A DNA stretch of 64,000 bases from NCBI GenBank assembly GCA_965228895.1, contig OZ245842.1, forward strand, positions 128,001-192,000, read 5' to 3'. The translations under genes and the position numbers were made by a program. The notes beneath the pieces were generated by a model. That model did no database searches. It saw only the letters and a list, made by a program, of their open reading frames with translations, and had not been told where the DNA came from. The stretch comes from Alphaproteobacteria bacterium. Lineage in GTDB: Bacteria > Pseudomonadota > Alphaproteobacteria > SP197. The stretch's first letter is position 1. Every line of letters starts with the position of its first letter. Of this stretch, positions 31,911-41,115 are shown in pieces.

Positions 31911-32519
31911 CTAGCCGGCGCCGGCCAGGAGCCGCGCGATCGGGGCGAACGAGCGCCGGTGATGGCAGGTAACGCCATGGTCGCGTAACGCCGCCTGGTG
32001 TTCGGCGGTGCCGTACCCGGCATTGCGCTCCCATCCATAGGCGGGGAACGTCTCGGCCAGTGTCGCCATCAGCCGGTCGCGATGGACCTTGGCGACGATG
32101 GAGGCCGCGGCGATCGAGGCGCTCAACCCGTCGCCCTTGATCACCGCCGTGGCGGGTATGGCGAGGTCGGGCAGGCGGTTGCCGTCGACCAGCGCATGGC
32201 CGGGGGCCACCGGCAGATCGGCGACCGCGCGCCGCATGGCTTCCATGGCGGCGCCCAGGATGTTCAGCCGGTCGATATCGGCGACGTCGACGACGCCCAG
32301 GCCGACCGCCGATGTCTCGCGGATCGCGATGTCCAGGCTCTCGCGCCTTTGCCGCGACAGTTTTTTCGAATCGTTAAGGCCTTCGGGAAGACGGGCAGTG
32401 TCCAGGACTACCGCCGCCGCGACGACGGGTCCGGCCCATGGACCGCGCCCGACCTCGTCGACACCGGCGACCACGGGCGCGCCGCACGTGGTTTCAAATT
32501 CAAGTGTCGGGCCGGTCAT
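31911..32519 (-). CDS. rnhB: Ribonuclease HII
   Basis: [41 protein letters not shown]. Confidence 0.97.
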   Translation of the reverse strand: MTGPTLEFETTCGAPVVAGVDEVGRGPWAGPVVAAAVVLDTARLPEGLNDSKKLSRQRRESLDIAIRETSAVGLGVVDVADIDRLNILGAAMEAMRRAVADLPVAPGHALVDGNRLPDLAIPATAVIKGDGLSASIAAASIVAKVHRDRLMATLAETFPAYGWERNAGYGTAEHQAALRDHGVTCHHRRSFAPIARLLAGAG

Positions 32520-33882
32520 CGGTAAGAGTGTCTGAACCGTTGGTCTTGTCTTCCTTGGCCGCGTTGTGGTCGGCACGTTTGCGCTCCAGCCGGTTGCGCC
32601 TGGTCTTGGCCCAGGCCGCGAAGCGCTGAGCGCGGCCTTTCGCCGTCTGCTCGGCGATCCTGAGCGCGGCGAGCTGGGCCGGGTAGAGCAGCATGACCAG
32701 GTCATTCAGGTTGTCTGCGCCGGTCGCGGCGATGCGTTGCAGGCGTCGCGCGCTGTCGAACCAGATCGGGCTGACGACCAGACTGAGCGCGATGACCGCG
32801 ATGAACATGCGGTAGCCGTCCGTGTCGATGGCGGCGACGGCAAGGCCGAGCGCGGCCAGCACGAACGTAAACTCGCCGATTTGGCCGAGCACCACGCCGC
32901 CCAGCCAGGCGCGCGGCCACGGTTCTCCGAGCGCGCGCATGATGCCGACATTCATCGCCGATTTGCCGATCGTGACGACCAGCAGCAGCAACAGCACCTG
33001 GCCCAGGTTCTGCCAGATGAACTGGAGGTCCAGCAGCATGCCGATCGACAGGAAGAAGGCCATCAAGAGCACGCCCTGAATCGGCAGGGTAACCCGCTGC
33101 ATGGTCTTGCGGTCGGTGCTGTTGCCCAGCAGCAGCCCGGCCAGGAAGGCGCCATAGGCCGTCGACAGGCCGAACAGACCGCTGATCGCCGCCGCCGCGA
33201 AGCAGTAGCCGAGCGCTGCCAGGGTCACCAGATCGGCCTGGCCGTGGGTCAGGTTGCGAAACGGCAGGCGGACCCGGCCGCGTTTGCCCAGGAACCAGAC
33301 AAAAAACGCCAGGAAAGCGACCGCGCCGACCAGTGGAAGCAGGTCCGTAGGCTCGAACTCCTTGCCCGGCGCCAGCGTGGCGATGATCAGCATCATCGGC
33401 ACGATCGCGAGGTCCTGGGCGATCAGGATACCGACCGCGCGCCGGCCGGTCTCGCGACGCAGTTCGCCGACATCGTCCAGCATCTTGATGGCGACGGCGG
33501 TCGACGACAGCGACACGCCGAATCCGATCAGGACGGCGAGCTGCCACGGCCAGCCGAACAGCAAGGCGACGACGGCGACGACGGCAAGGCTGATGACAAT
33601 CTGGGCGGCCGTGCCCATGATGGCGAACTTGAGCACCGCGCGGAACGCCTGGATGCTGAGCTCCATGCCGATGGCGAACAGCAGCAGCAACACACCGAGC
33701 TCGGCCAGGAAGCCGATCTGCTCGCGGTCCTGGACCAGGCCGACGCCACTTGGACCCAGCACCACGCCGGCGACGATGTAACCGACGATGGCCGGTTGGC
33801 GCAGCCAGCCCAGCACCAGGCCGAAACCAAGCGCGACGGCGATAACAAGCGCGATCTCGGTCAGTTCGTGGCCGTGTTCCAT
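32500..33882 (-). CDS. CPA2 family cation:proton antiporter (KefB/RosB-like, no obvious C-terminal KTN domain)
   Basis: [43 protein letters not shown]. Confidence 0.92.
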   Translation of the reverse strand: MEHGHELTEIALVIAVALGFGLVLGWLRQPAIVGYIVAGVVLGPSGVGLVQDREQIGFLAELGVLLLLFAIGMELSIQAFRAVLKFAIMGTAAQIVISLAVVAVVALLFGWPWQLAVLIGFGVSLSSTAVAIKMLDDVGELRRETGRRAVGILIAQDLAIVPMMLIIATLAPGKEFEPTDLLPLVGAVAFLAFFVWFLGKRGRVRLPFRNLTHGQADLVTLAALGYCFAAAAISGLFGLSTAYGAFLAGLLLGNSTDRKTMQRVTLPIQGVLLMAFFLSIGMLLDLQFIWQNLGQVLLLLLVVTIGKSAMNVGIMRALGEPWPRAWLGGVVLGQIGEFTFVLAALGLAVAAIDTDGYRMFIAVIALSLVVSPIWFDSARRLQRIAATGADNLNDLVMLLYPAQLAALRIAEQTAKGRAQRFAAWAKTRRNRLERKRADHNAAKEDKTNGSDTLTDDRPDT

Positions 33883-33889
33883 GCTTCCG

Positions 33890-35110
33890 TCAGCGCGCCG
33901 CGTTCATGACTTGATTGCCCAGCTTTTTGACCGCCGCGGCGATCCGTTCGGGATCGTCATCGGCCAGGCACGTCACGCCGAAGATGATCATGCCGGTGCC
34001 CCGGCAGTCGGGATTGCTGTGAATGGCCGGCTCGCCGCGCTCCAACAAAAGCGCGACGTGGTCTGCGTTCGCCTTTTCCTCATCCACAATCAAGTGAACC
34101 GATGGCAGGTTGCCGCGCGCGGGGTCGAGGACGACGCGCGCACTAGCCCAGTCGAGACCGTCGAGCCCGGCGGCCAGACGATCCGCCAGCTCCTGCCAGT
34201 GGGCGGCACGGCCGCCGTCCGCCTCTTCGGCCAGTGCGAGTTCTAGGGCCGTCACCAGGCCGGCGATCTGTTCCTTGCCGACCTTGCACGCGCGACCGAT
34301 ACCGTGGCGGGGCAGGCCGGTGATCCGGTCGAGATCGATCAGGGAAGGTGGCGGCGACCAGGTGTGGCGGTCGACATCCATGTCGAGATGCTGCAGCGCG
34401 GCGCTCATGATGAGGTCGCGCCGGCCGGCCAACATGCCCGAGGCCTGAGGGCCGCCAATCGCCTTGCCGCCGCTGAAGACGACGAGGTCCGCCCCTTCCG
34501 CGATGAAGTGTTTGAGGTTGGAGAGTGGCGGCAGTTGAGCGGCCGCATCGACGATGACCGGCACGCCGTGATCGTGGGCGACCTTTACGACGTCGGCCAG
34601 GCGGGGTTGGCTGTCCGGCGTTACGACGTAATAGACCGCTGCCGTCTTGTCGGTCATCGCCGCCGCGTAGTCCCAGGGTTCGGCATCGCGCACGCCGGCC
34701 CCGGCGAACCTGTCGGGCAGGCCGACTTCGACCAGGCGGGCACCGGCTGCGCGAACCGCGTGGTCGTACATGTTGCGTTGGCTGCGTGCGACGACGACCT
34801 GGTTCTTGAGACCGCGGGTGTCGGGCAGGCGGCCCATGGCGCCGGCGTCGAGCCCGGCGATGGTCGCCGCCGTGGCCAGCAGCAGGCCGGCCGCGGCCCC
34901 GGATGTGACGTAACCGGCCTCGGCGCCGGTCGCCTCGGCGATGATTTTGCCGGCGGCGGCCTGAAGGTCGACGATCTCGACGCAGCGCGTGGAGGCTTCG
35001 GCCATGGCCGCGACGACTTCCGGGCGCATCAACCCGCCGCTCAAACGGGTCGCCGGCCCGTTGGCGTTGATGATGGTCTTGACGCCCAGACGGGCGAACA
35101 CATCGGACAC
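33890..35110 (-). CDS. SelA-like/DgaE-like PLP-dependent enzyme
   Basis: IINANG, VTSGAAAGL, IVDAAA, FSGGK (PLP Lys), GIGRACKVGKE. Confidence 0.88.
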   Translation of the reverse strand: MSDVFARLGVKTIINANGPATRLSGGLMRPEVVAAMAEASTRCVEIVDLQAAAGKIIAEATGAEAGYVTSGAAAGLLLATAATIAGLDAGAMGRLPDTRGLKNQVVVARSQRNMYDHAVRAAGARLVEVGLPDRFAGAGVRDAEPWDYAAAMTDKTAAVYYVVTPDSQPRLADVVKVAHDHGVPVIVDAAAQLPPLSNLKHFIAEGADLVVFSGGKAIGGPQASGMLAGRRDLIMSAALQHLDMDVDRHTWSPPPSLIDLDRITGLPRHGIGRACKVGKEQIAGLVTALELALAEEADGGRAAHWQELADRLAAGLDGLDWASARVVLDPARGNLPSVHLIVDEEKANADHVALLLERGEPAIHSNPDCRGTGMIIFGVTCLADDDPERIAAAVKKLGNQVMNAAR

Positions 35111-35129
35111 GATAGCTGGCTTCGCCCCC

Positions 35130-36395
35130 TTACCCCGAAAGCACCTTCCGCGCGGCCAACTCCCCGCTGCGCGCGGCCCCGTCCATGTTCGACGTCAGTA
35201 CGTAGTCGCCGCAAAAATGCAGCCCGCCGACAGACGCTTCCAGTGCCGCCTGATGTCGCATGCGACCGGGGCTATAGTGTGGCAGGGCATGGCGCCAACG
35301 TCTGTAGCCGACGCGTGCGATGCGGTCGGATAGCTGGGGAAAACGTTCGACGAGCGCGCGAACGGCGCCGGATTGGACGGTGGCCGGCGGATCGTCCCAT
35401 AGCGGCCGGGCGAAGACGTCGTGGACGTAGGAATGGAAACAGCCGCCTTCGGTATCCATGTCGCCCGGCGTGCGCAGCACGAAACCGTTTGAATTGTAGG
35501 TCTGGTCGGGGCGCGAGGGCACCAGCGGGTAGGGCGGGACAGTCTGCCCGGCGGCCGCAATCGAGATCGGTGTCGCAATGATGCGGCCATAGCGAATGGC
35601 ACTCAGCGCCTCGCGCTTCGTTTCCGGCAGGTTAGCGATCACGTTCAAGGCGACCGCCGCTGGCAAGGCGCAGACGACGTGGCGCGCCGTCGTTTCATAG
35701 ACACCGTCTCTCCTGATACCGGCGATGTGGTAGCCGCCCTGGATGGCGCTCACCGCCAGCACCTCGGTATCGGCGGTGAGCTTTGCGCCGCTGGCTTCAG
35801 CGAGTGCTTGGGTAAAGCGGTTCGTGCCGCCTTTGAAAACGGTGTCGCCGCGGTTGGAGCGTGCGACCGGTTGATCGGTGAAGGCGCTGGTTCGGTTGTC
35901 GCCCCAGATCAACATCAAACCATAGAGCGAGATTTCAATGGTCGAGCCGAAGATCAGCGAACCGCACCAGGTCTCGAAGAAGCTCTTCACGGCCTGCGGC
36001 GCGTCTTCCAGCCATTGGGCGACCGAGACCTGATCGAGTTCGGCGCTGTTGGGCGGCCGCCGACGTTCCTGTTCGTCCTCCAACCGGCCAATCCAGGTCT
36101 CGACGGCCGCCGGGTCATCGCTGGACGACGGATCGAAGGCGCGCAGATCGTTGCTGTGAAAGCCGCTGGGGATGAGCTCCAGACCCAGTTCGTCGGCCAG
36201 TTCGATGATCTTGATCTTGTCGTCACTGACATACTGGGCGGCGTAGTTGGCCCAGGTGCCGTCGTCGAAGGTCTCCGACAGGGTGCGCCCTCCGATATGG
36301 CTATCGGCCTCGATCACCTCGATGTCGAGATCACGCAGGTGATAGGCGGCGGTCAGGCCCGCGAGGCCCGATCCCAGCACAACGACATCACGCAT
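35130..36395 (-). CDS. FAD-dependent flavin amine oxidase family protein
   Basis: VVVLGSGLAGL dinucleotide motif, GGR, LHFCGDY...MDGAARSG; ATG 36395 follows GAGGGAGGGG. Confidence 0.85.
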   Translation of the reverse strand: MRDVVVLGSGLAGLTAAYHLRDLDIEVIEADSHIGGRTLSETFDDGTWANYAAQYVSDDKIKIIELADELGLELIPSGFHSNDLRAFDPSSSDDPAAVETWIGRLEDEQERRRPPNSAELDQVSVAQWLEDAPQAVKSFFETWCGSLIFGSTIEISLYGLMLIWGDNRTSAFTDQPVARSNRGDTVFKGGTNRFTQALAEASGAKLTADTEVLAVSAIQGGYHIAGIRRDGVYETTARHVVCALPAAVALNVIANLPETKREALSAIRYGRIIATPISIAAAGQTVPPYPLVPSRPDQTYNSNGFVLRTPGDMDTEGGCFHSYVHDVFARPLWDDPPATVQSGAVRALVERFPQLSDRIARVGYRRWRHALPHYSPGRMRHQAALEASVGGLHFCGDYVLTSNMDGAARSGELAARKVLSG

Positions 36396-36493
36396 ACGTT
36401 CCCCTCCCTCGATCGACATATTCCATTCTAGCGATTGGGCCACCCGTGCCGATGGTGCATGTTTGTCGAGGTGAGCGATAGGAGGTCTCAACG

Positions 36494-37441
36494 ATGCCTG
36501 ATCCAATCAAGGTGGATTCCCATGTCCACCTGTTCCGTTCGAAAGAAGAGGGACAGGCCGACAAGGACGGTTACGAGATCTGGGAGTACGGCGAGAAGCC
36601 GCATGTCTGCTTCTCCGAAGCCTTCGGCACCGTCGACGAAGTGATGGCCGACCTGGCCGCAACGGGCATCTCCAAAGCCGTCGTGGTCAATTTGTTCGTC
36701 GGCGCGGCGGCGCGCGATGCCAAGCGGGCGGCACTGCCGGACTCGCTGAGCGGACGCGAGCGCGACCAGGCCTATGATCGTATTGAAGCCGAGCTTGTCG
36801 GCGAGCTCACCGCCTTCAACCAGTGGATCTGCGACGTCTCGCGCGCCCACGGCGAGATCGTCCCGTTTGTCGCCGCGGACATCACCGTTCTGCCCGCTGA
36901 CGCGTGTGCAGCCCATGTTCGCAGCATGGTCACCGAAAACGGCGCACGGGGCGTCAAATTACATGGCGCGTCCCAGGGCTTTTCGATGTCCGACGAACGG
37001 CTCTGGCCGACCTATGCGGTGTGTCAGGAACTGGGCGTCCCCGTCATCGGCCATTCCGGTCCCGACACGGACGGCGCCGGGTTTGCCGAACCGCGAGGCT
37101 TCGCCGGCATGCTGAAGTCGTTTCCCGACCTGACCGTCGTGCTGGCCCATATGGGCGGGGCGACCTGGGATCAGGCGCGCGAGATCGCGGAGACCTACCC
37201 CAATGCCTTCTTCGACTGTTGCGAGATTATCGAGTGGACAGAAGGCACCAACGCGCCGACCGAGGTCGAGCTTGCGCAACTGATCAAGGATGTCGGCCCG
37301 CACCGGGTGACGATGGGGTCGGACTATCCGTGGTACGACCTCGACCACACGGTCGAGCGGGTCATGGAGCTGCCATTGCTGTCGGCCGAGGAGAAAGAGG
37401 GCATCATCGGCGCCAACGCGATGGCGATCCTGAAGCTCTAA
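36494..37441 (+). CDS. Amidohydrolase family 2 metallo-hydrolase
   Basis: DSHVH, GVKLH, IGHSG, VLAHMGG, MGSDYP; GGAGG RBS. Confidence 0.9.
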   Translation: MPDPIKVDSHVHLFRSKEEGQADKDGYEIWEYGEKPHVCFSEAFGTVDEVMADLAATGISKAVVVNLFVGAAARDAKRAALPDSLSGRERDQAYDRIEAELVGELTAFNQWICDVSRAHGEIVPFVAADITVLPADACAAHVRSMVTENGARGVKLHGASQGFSMSDERLWPTYAVCQELGVPVIGHSGPDTDGAGFAEPRGFAGMLKSFPDLTVVLAHMGGATWDQAREIAETYPNAFFDCCEIIEWTEGTNAPTEVELAQLIKDVGPHRVTMGSDYPWYDLDHTVERVMELPLLSAEEKEGIIGANAMAILKL

Positions 37442-37480
37442 CAGCGAGGCACCCGCCAGCCAGCCATTGATGGAGACGTC

Positions 37481-38206
37481 ATGATAGACCTTAAGGATGA
37501 CCTGATCGGCGACGCCGAGGATCTGGGCGAGGCCGACGAGATGGACGTTATCGACCGGCTGGCGCCGGTATCAGGCCTCACCGTCATCGATGTTGGTTGC
37601 GGAGGCGGACGCATCACGCGCCAACTGGCCGAACGCGGCGCCAACGCCGTGGGCGTCGAGCCCGACCCGATCCAGGCGGAGAAAAACCGGGCGGCCGAAG
37701 CGGTGCCCGGCCTGTCCTTTGTTGAGGCGCCGGGTCAGGCCTTGCCCATCGACGACAATTCCGTCGACGGCGTCTTCTTCAGTTACTCCCTGCACCATGT
37801 GCCCCGCGAACACATGGACGCGGCACTTGCCGAAGCCGCGCGGGTGCTCAAACCCCAGACCGGCTTTCTCTATGCCATGGAGCCCATGTTGGCGGGCGAT
37901 ATGGAGGCGGTTTATCGGTCGTTTCACGACGAATCCAACGCGCGCGCGCTGGCCTATGAGGCGCTGAAGCGAACGGCGGCGCCGCGCTTCGCCGAGGCGC
38001 AAGAATATCGCTACAGCGAGCCCGTCCCCTACGACAGTTTCGCGACCTTCGTCGACGGCGTGGCCGGCACCACCTACGAAGACTTTCCGCGCGAGCGTGT
38101 CGATACGCCCGAGGTTAGGGCGGCGTTCGAGGTCGGGCGGACCGACGACGGCTATGTCTTCACCCAGCACATCCGGATCAATCTCTACCGCGGCCCGCTC
38201 GCCTAG
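37481..38206 (+). CDS. Class I SAM-dependent methyltransferase
   Basis: IDVGCGGG, LPIDDNSVD, SLHH, RVLKP. Confidence 0.9.
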   Translation: MIDLKDDLIGDAEDLGEADEMDVIDRLAPVSGLTVIDVGCGGGRITRQLAERGANAVGVEPDPIQAEKNRAAEAVPGLSFVEAPGQALPIDDNSVDGVFFSYSLHHVPREHMDAALAEAARVLKPQTGFLYAMEPMLAGDMEAVYRSFHDESNARALAYEALKRTAAPRFAEAQEYRYSEPVPYDSFATFVDGVAGTTYEDFPRERVDTPEVRAAFEVGRTDDGYVFTQHIRINLYRGPLA

Positions 38207-38371
38207 GGTGCGAACTTATGAATTGCGGTTGGCGTCCGATGCGCTGTGACTTCCGCTTCTGGGGAATCTCCAGACATCTTGATTGCGGCTCCGCATGTCT
38301 CAGGTTAGTCAAAAGCGAACATCTACAGCCAAATGACGACATCTGAGCTGTTAGAACTACGGCGTGCTTCG

Positions 38372-39229
38372 CTAACCGGCAAAGGTTCTCGGTTCCGGCC
38401 CAGAAAACGTCGTCCGATACATCTCCCTCCGAAATCCGCGATAGTCGTTGACGGCAAAATGTTGAGTGAACAAGTTGTCCCAAATTACCACCGCGCCGGC
38501 GCTCCAATCGAACCGGCACGAGAATTCCGGACGGGTCGAGTGGTGCTGGATTTGATCAAGCAGAGGTCGGCTTTCCGTTTCGCTCATTCCGTCCAGCCGC
38601 ACCACATAGAGCGGATTGAGAAACAGGGCCTTCCGGCCGGTTATCGGGTTGCGAATAACTGCCGGGTGCTTGCGTTCCTCATCCGCTTGCGGGTCGCCTC
38701 GACGCATTGAGATGGAGGTGCTATTGCGTTCCTCTATCGGTGGCGCCCATCTTACCCCATAGGGCTTGCCGACATGAATTGCATCGCGTCCGCGCAGCAA
38801 GGCCCTTAGCGGCACCGGCAGTGTCTCCCAAGCCATTGTCTGACTGGCCCAAAGGGTGTCTCCGCCGTAGGGCGGCACGTCGACCGCTGACAGAACGGAA
38901 CCGGCGGGCGGGCATTCAAGAAAGGAGAAATCCTGATGCCAGTCGCCGCCGAAAACACCGCCGCCTTCACTGGCTTCCTTCTGTACACGGATCACCTCGG
39001 GCTCATCCTTTACCGGTGAGACATACGGAAGCCGCAGCAAGGGCCCAAAGAGCCTTGTGAGGCGTTTCTGCTCCTCGATCGACAAGAACTGATCTCTGAA
39101 GAACAGCACGTGATATCGCGCCAGGACATTGCGCAATTCCGCGCCGAATTCGCGAGACAAGGTTCCTTTTAGATCGACTCCGGAGACTTCTGCACCAATT
39201 GCGGGCGTGAGTGGGAAACAGTCCAACAT
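38372..39229 (-). CDS. TauD/TfdA family Fe(II)/2-oxoglutarate dioxygenase
   Basis: IGAEV, VLFFRDQ, WHQD (HXD), GGDT, WDN..TQH...R. Confidence 0.94.
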   Translation of the reverse strand: MLDCFPLTPAIGAEVSGVDLKGTLSREFGAELRNVLARYHVLFFRDQFLSIEEQKRLTRLFGPLLRLPYVSPVKDEPEVIRVQKEASEGGGVFGGDWHQDFSFLECPPAGSVLSAVDVPPYGGDTLWASQTMAWETLPVPLRALLRGRDAIHVGKPYGVRWAPPIEERNSTSISMRRGDPQADEERKHPAVIRNPITGRKALFLNPLYVVRLDGMSETESRPLLDQIQHHSTRPEFSCRFDWSAGAVVIWDNLFTQHFAVNDYRGFRREMYRTTFSGPEPRTFAG

Positions 39230-39336
39230 TTTCTGTACTCGGCTTAGGGTGCCAATTGGTGACGGTCGGCAGAATCTGAGCAGAAGTTCAATGCTTCAGA
39301 GACTGCCGAACCAAGTCATGTGAGAGCACGTTGGCT

Positions 39337-39786
39337 TCAGTCAGCTTTGGCCGGTTCCTCGGACAATATGAAGTCCCTGGGACCGTGTTGATGGATGAGG
39401 ATCAGACAGTCCTGCGGCCCCTCGCAGCGATCGTCATGGTTCTCGCCACCGGACTGGAACGCATAACCTCCAGGTCCGAGTGGTCTATCGTCGTCCGCAC
39501 CATAGGTATGAACCCAGTTACCTTGTATCGTAACGCCGTGATAGTCGGCAGTATGGCTGTGTCTGGGAGCCGCGTGTCCGGCCTCGATCCTGACGATCAT
39601 CCCGTAATCGCCTTTCGTCCAGTCACCCCACAACAAAGCGAAGTGCAGTCCGGGACCGCCCTGCTGCCAGGCTAAATCTTCAAAAGCGCGGCTCGACCGC
39701 TGTTCGGCGAAAGCGGCGCTTGCCAGCATCACGCCGATGACGCTGGTAACTGCCGCAATGCGATAGACCTTGGAAATCAAGTTCAT
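39337..39786 (-). CDS. Secreted cupin-domain protein (DUF4437-like)
   Basis: Signal peptide ending AFA; LWGD, HSHTADYHGVTIQG, QSGGENHDDRC. Confidence 0.8.
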   Translation of the reverse strand: MNLISKVYRIAAVTSVIGVMLASAAFAEQRSSRAFEDLAWQQGGPGLHFALLWGDWTKGDYGMIVRIEAGHAAPRHSHTADYHGVTIQGNWVHTYGADDDRPLGPGGYAFQSGGENHDDRCEGPQDCLILIHQHGPRDFILSEEPAKAD

Positions 39787-39912
39787 AGTCTTCTCCTCGA
39801 TGGTTGAGCGGCTGAGACATCAACCGTTCACTCTTGCGAGAAGCGATATGATCTGTTTCTGTGTTATGAAAAACATGTCGTAAAGCACAAGATTTGTGCG
39901 GATTATTCATAG

Positions 39913-40806
39913 ATGAGCGAGCTATCGAACCTGCAGCTTTTCGCTCGGGTGGTGGAGGAGGGAAGCTTCTCGGCAGCCGCCCGCTATCTCGGGGTAACAC
40001 CGTCCTCGGTCTCTCGCCAGATTTCGCAATTGGAGGGCGAACTGGGCGCGCGCCTGTTTCACCGCACGACGCGCAAACAGAGTCTGACCGAGGCGGGCGA
40101 GATCTATTATCGACACGCGCGCGGCATCGTCGCAGACCTCGAAGAGGCCCGACTGGCTGTCAGCCGGCTGTCAGACGTGCCTTCAGGCAATTTGCATCTG
40201 ACCGCGGAGGCAGACTTTGCAGTGGCAGTTCTCGGACCTCTGCTTCCGGAGTTCCTGGAGCGATACCCGGGGGTCCAGCTTCGATTGTCGTTGAGCTCCG
40301 GCATCGTTGATCTTGTCGACAGCGGGATCGATCTCGCCATACGGATCGGTCATCTCGACGATTCCACCCTTATAGCGCGGAAAATAGCCGAGAGCCGTTC
40401 CGTGATCTGCGCGAGCCCAGCGTATCTGGCAGTACGCGGCACGCCCGACCATCCCAGCAAACTGGTAAAGCACAGTTGTCTTTCATTCCGCTCCAGTTCT
40501 GCGAAAAACGTATGGAAGTTCGAGTTGTCCGAGGGTTCGCTGGAAGTTCCAATATCAGGCAGCCTCAGAGCAAACAGTCTGGTCCTGCTGCGAGATAGCG
40601 CCATGGCCGGGCTGGGCATTATCCTCATTCCATCCTGGGTGGTACGCGGTGAACTAAGGGACGGACGTCTGGTGCCCCTGCTTTCAGACTTTCCCCGAGC
40701 GTCAGCGAGCGCTCCCATCAACGCCGTCTATGCGCACAGGCGGCACTTGCCGCCAAAAGTCCGTGCCTTTGTTGACTTCCTCGCTGAGCGCATTGAACCG
40801 CTTTGA
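39913..40806 (+). CDS. LysR family transcriptional regulator (CrgA-like)
   Basis: GSFSAAA, SVSRQISQLE, LFHRTTR, DLAIR, PPKVRAFVDFL. Confidence 0.96.
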   Translation: MSELSNLQLFARVVEEGSFSAAARYLGVTPSSVSRQISQLEGELGARLFHRTTRKQSLTEAGEIYYRHARGIVADLEEARLAVSRLSDVPSGNLHLTAEADFAVAVLGPLLPEFLERYPGVQLRLSLSSGIVDLVDSGIDLAIRIGHLDDSTLIARKIAESRSVICASPAYLAVRGTPDHPSKLVKHSCLSFRSSSAKNVWKFELSEGSLEVPISGSLRANSLVLLRDSAMAGLGIILIPSWVVRGELRDGRLVPLLSDFPRASASAPINAVYAHRRHLPPKVRAFVDFLAERIEPL

Positions 40807-40967
40807 AGCCCGCGAGCAGTTGTTGCTCGAAGTCGCTTCCGGGTCAAACTGCGACATTGTGCCAACACTCGCCAACGCCTGCTTTAGGGGGGACCTTCCG
40901 ACATAGAATGTCCGGTACTTAGTTGTAAGGCGGTCCTGTGATTCAAGCTCCGAAAGGAGCTGTGACA

Positions 40968-41100
40968 ATGCGATTTCATCCGCATCAAACAGTGTAGTCG
41001 GATCGCCACACGGTACGACAAGCTGGCGGCGAACTTCCCGGCATTCATCAGGCTAGCCGCAATGAGGCTCTGGCTAGCCATTAATGAGCCCGCGCCCTAG
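40968..41100 (+). pseudogene. Internally deleted IS5-family transposase remnant
   Basis: Manual translation from 40975: FIRIKQCSRIATRYDKLAANFPAFIRLAAMRLWLAINEPAP*, matching the IS5 C-terminal RRIATRYDKLAAN motif; out-of-frame ATG-CGA-TTT after AAGGAG just upstream. Confidence 0.85.
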
Positions 41101-41115
41101 ATAGAAGGCGCACCT

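Larger units (their letters stand above)
38203..41100 (+). mobile_element. Non-autonomous IS5-family-derived element carrying passenger genes
   Basis: Left end ctagggtgcgaacttatgaa vs reverse complement of right end ctagggcgcgggctcattaa (15/20 identical), CTAG at both ends; IS5 transposase C-terminal remnant at the right end; cargo visibly lower in GC. Confidence 0.7.

Noticed and set aside
33890-35110. True selenocysteine synthase SelA
   Set aside because: Shorter than SelA, DgaE-like GIGRxxKVGKE motif, and no selB, selC, selD or in-frame TGA selenoprotein evident in the window
39264-39312. Integron attC site
   Set aside because: Bulged hairpin, but no convincing RYYYAAC/GTTRRRY core sites and no intI
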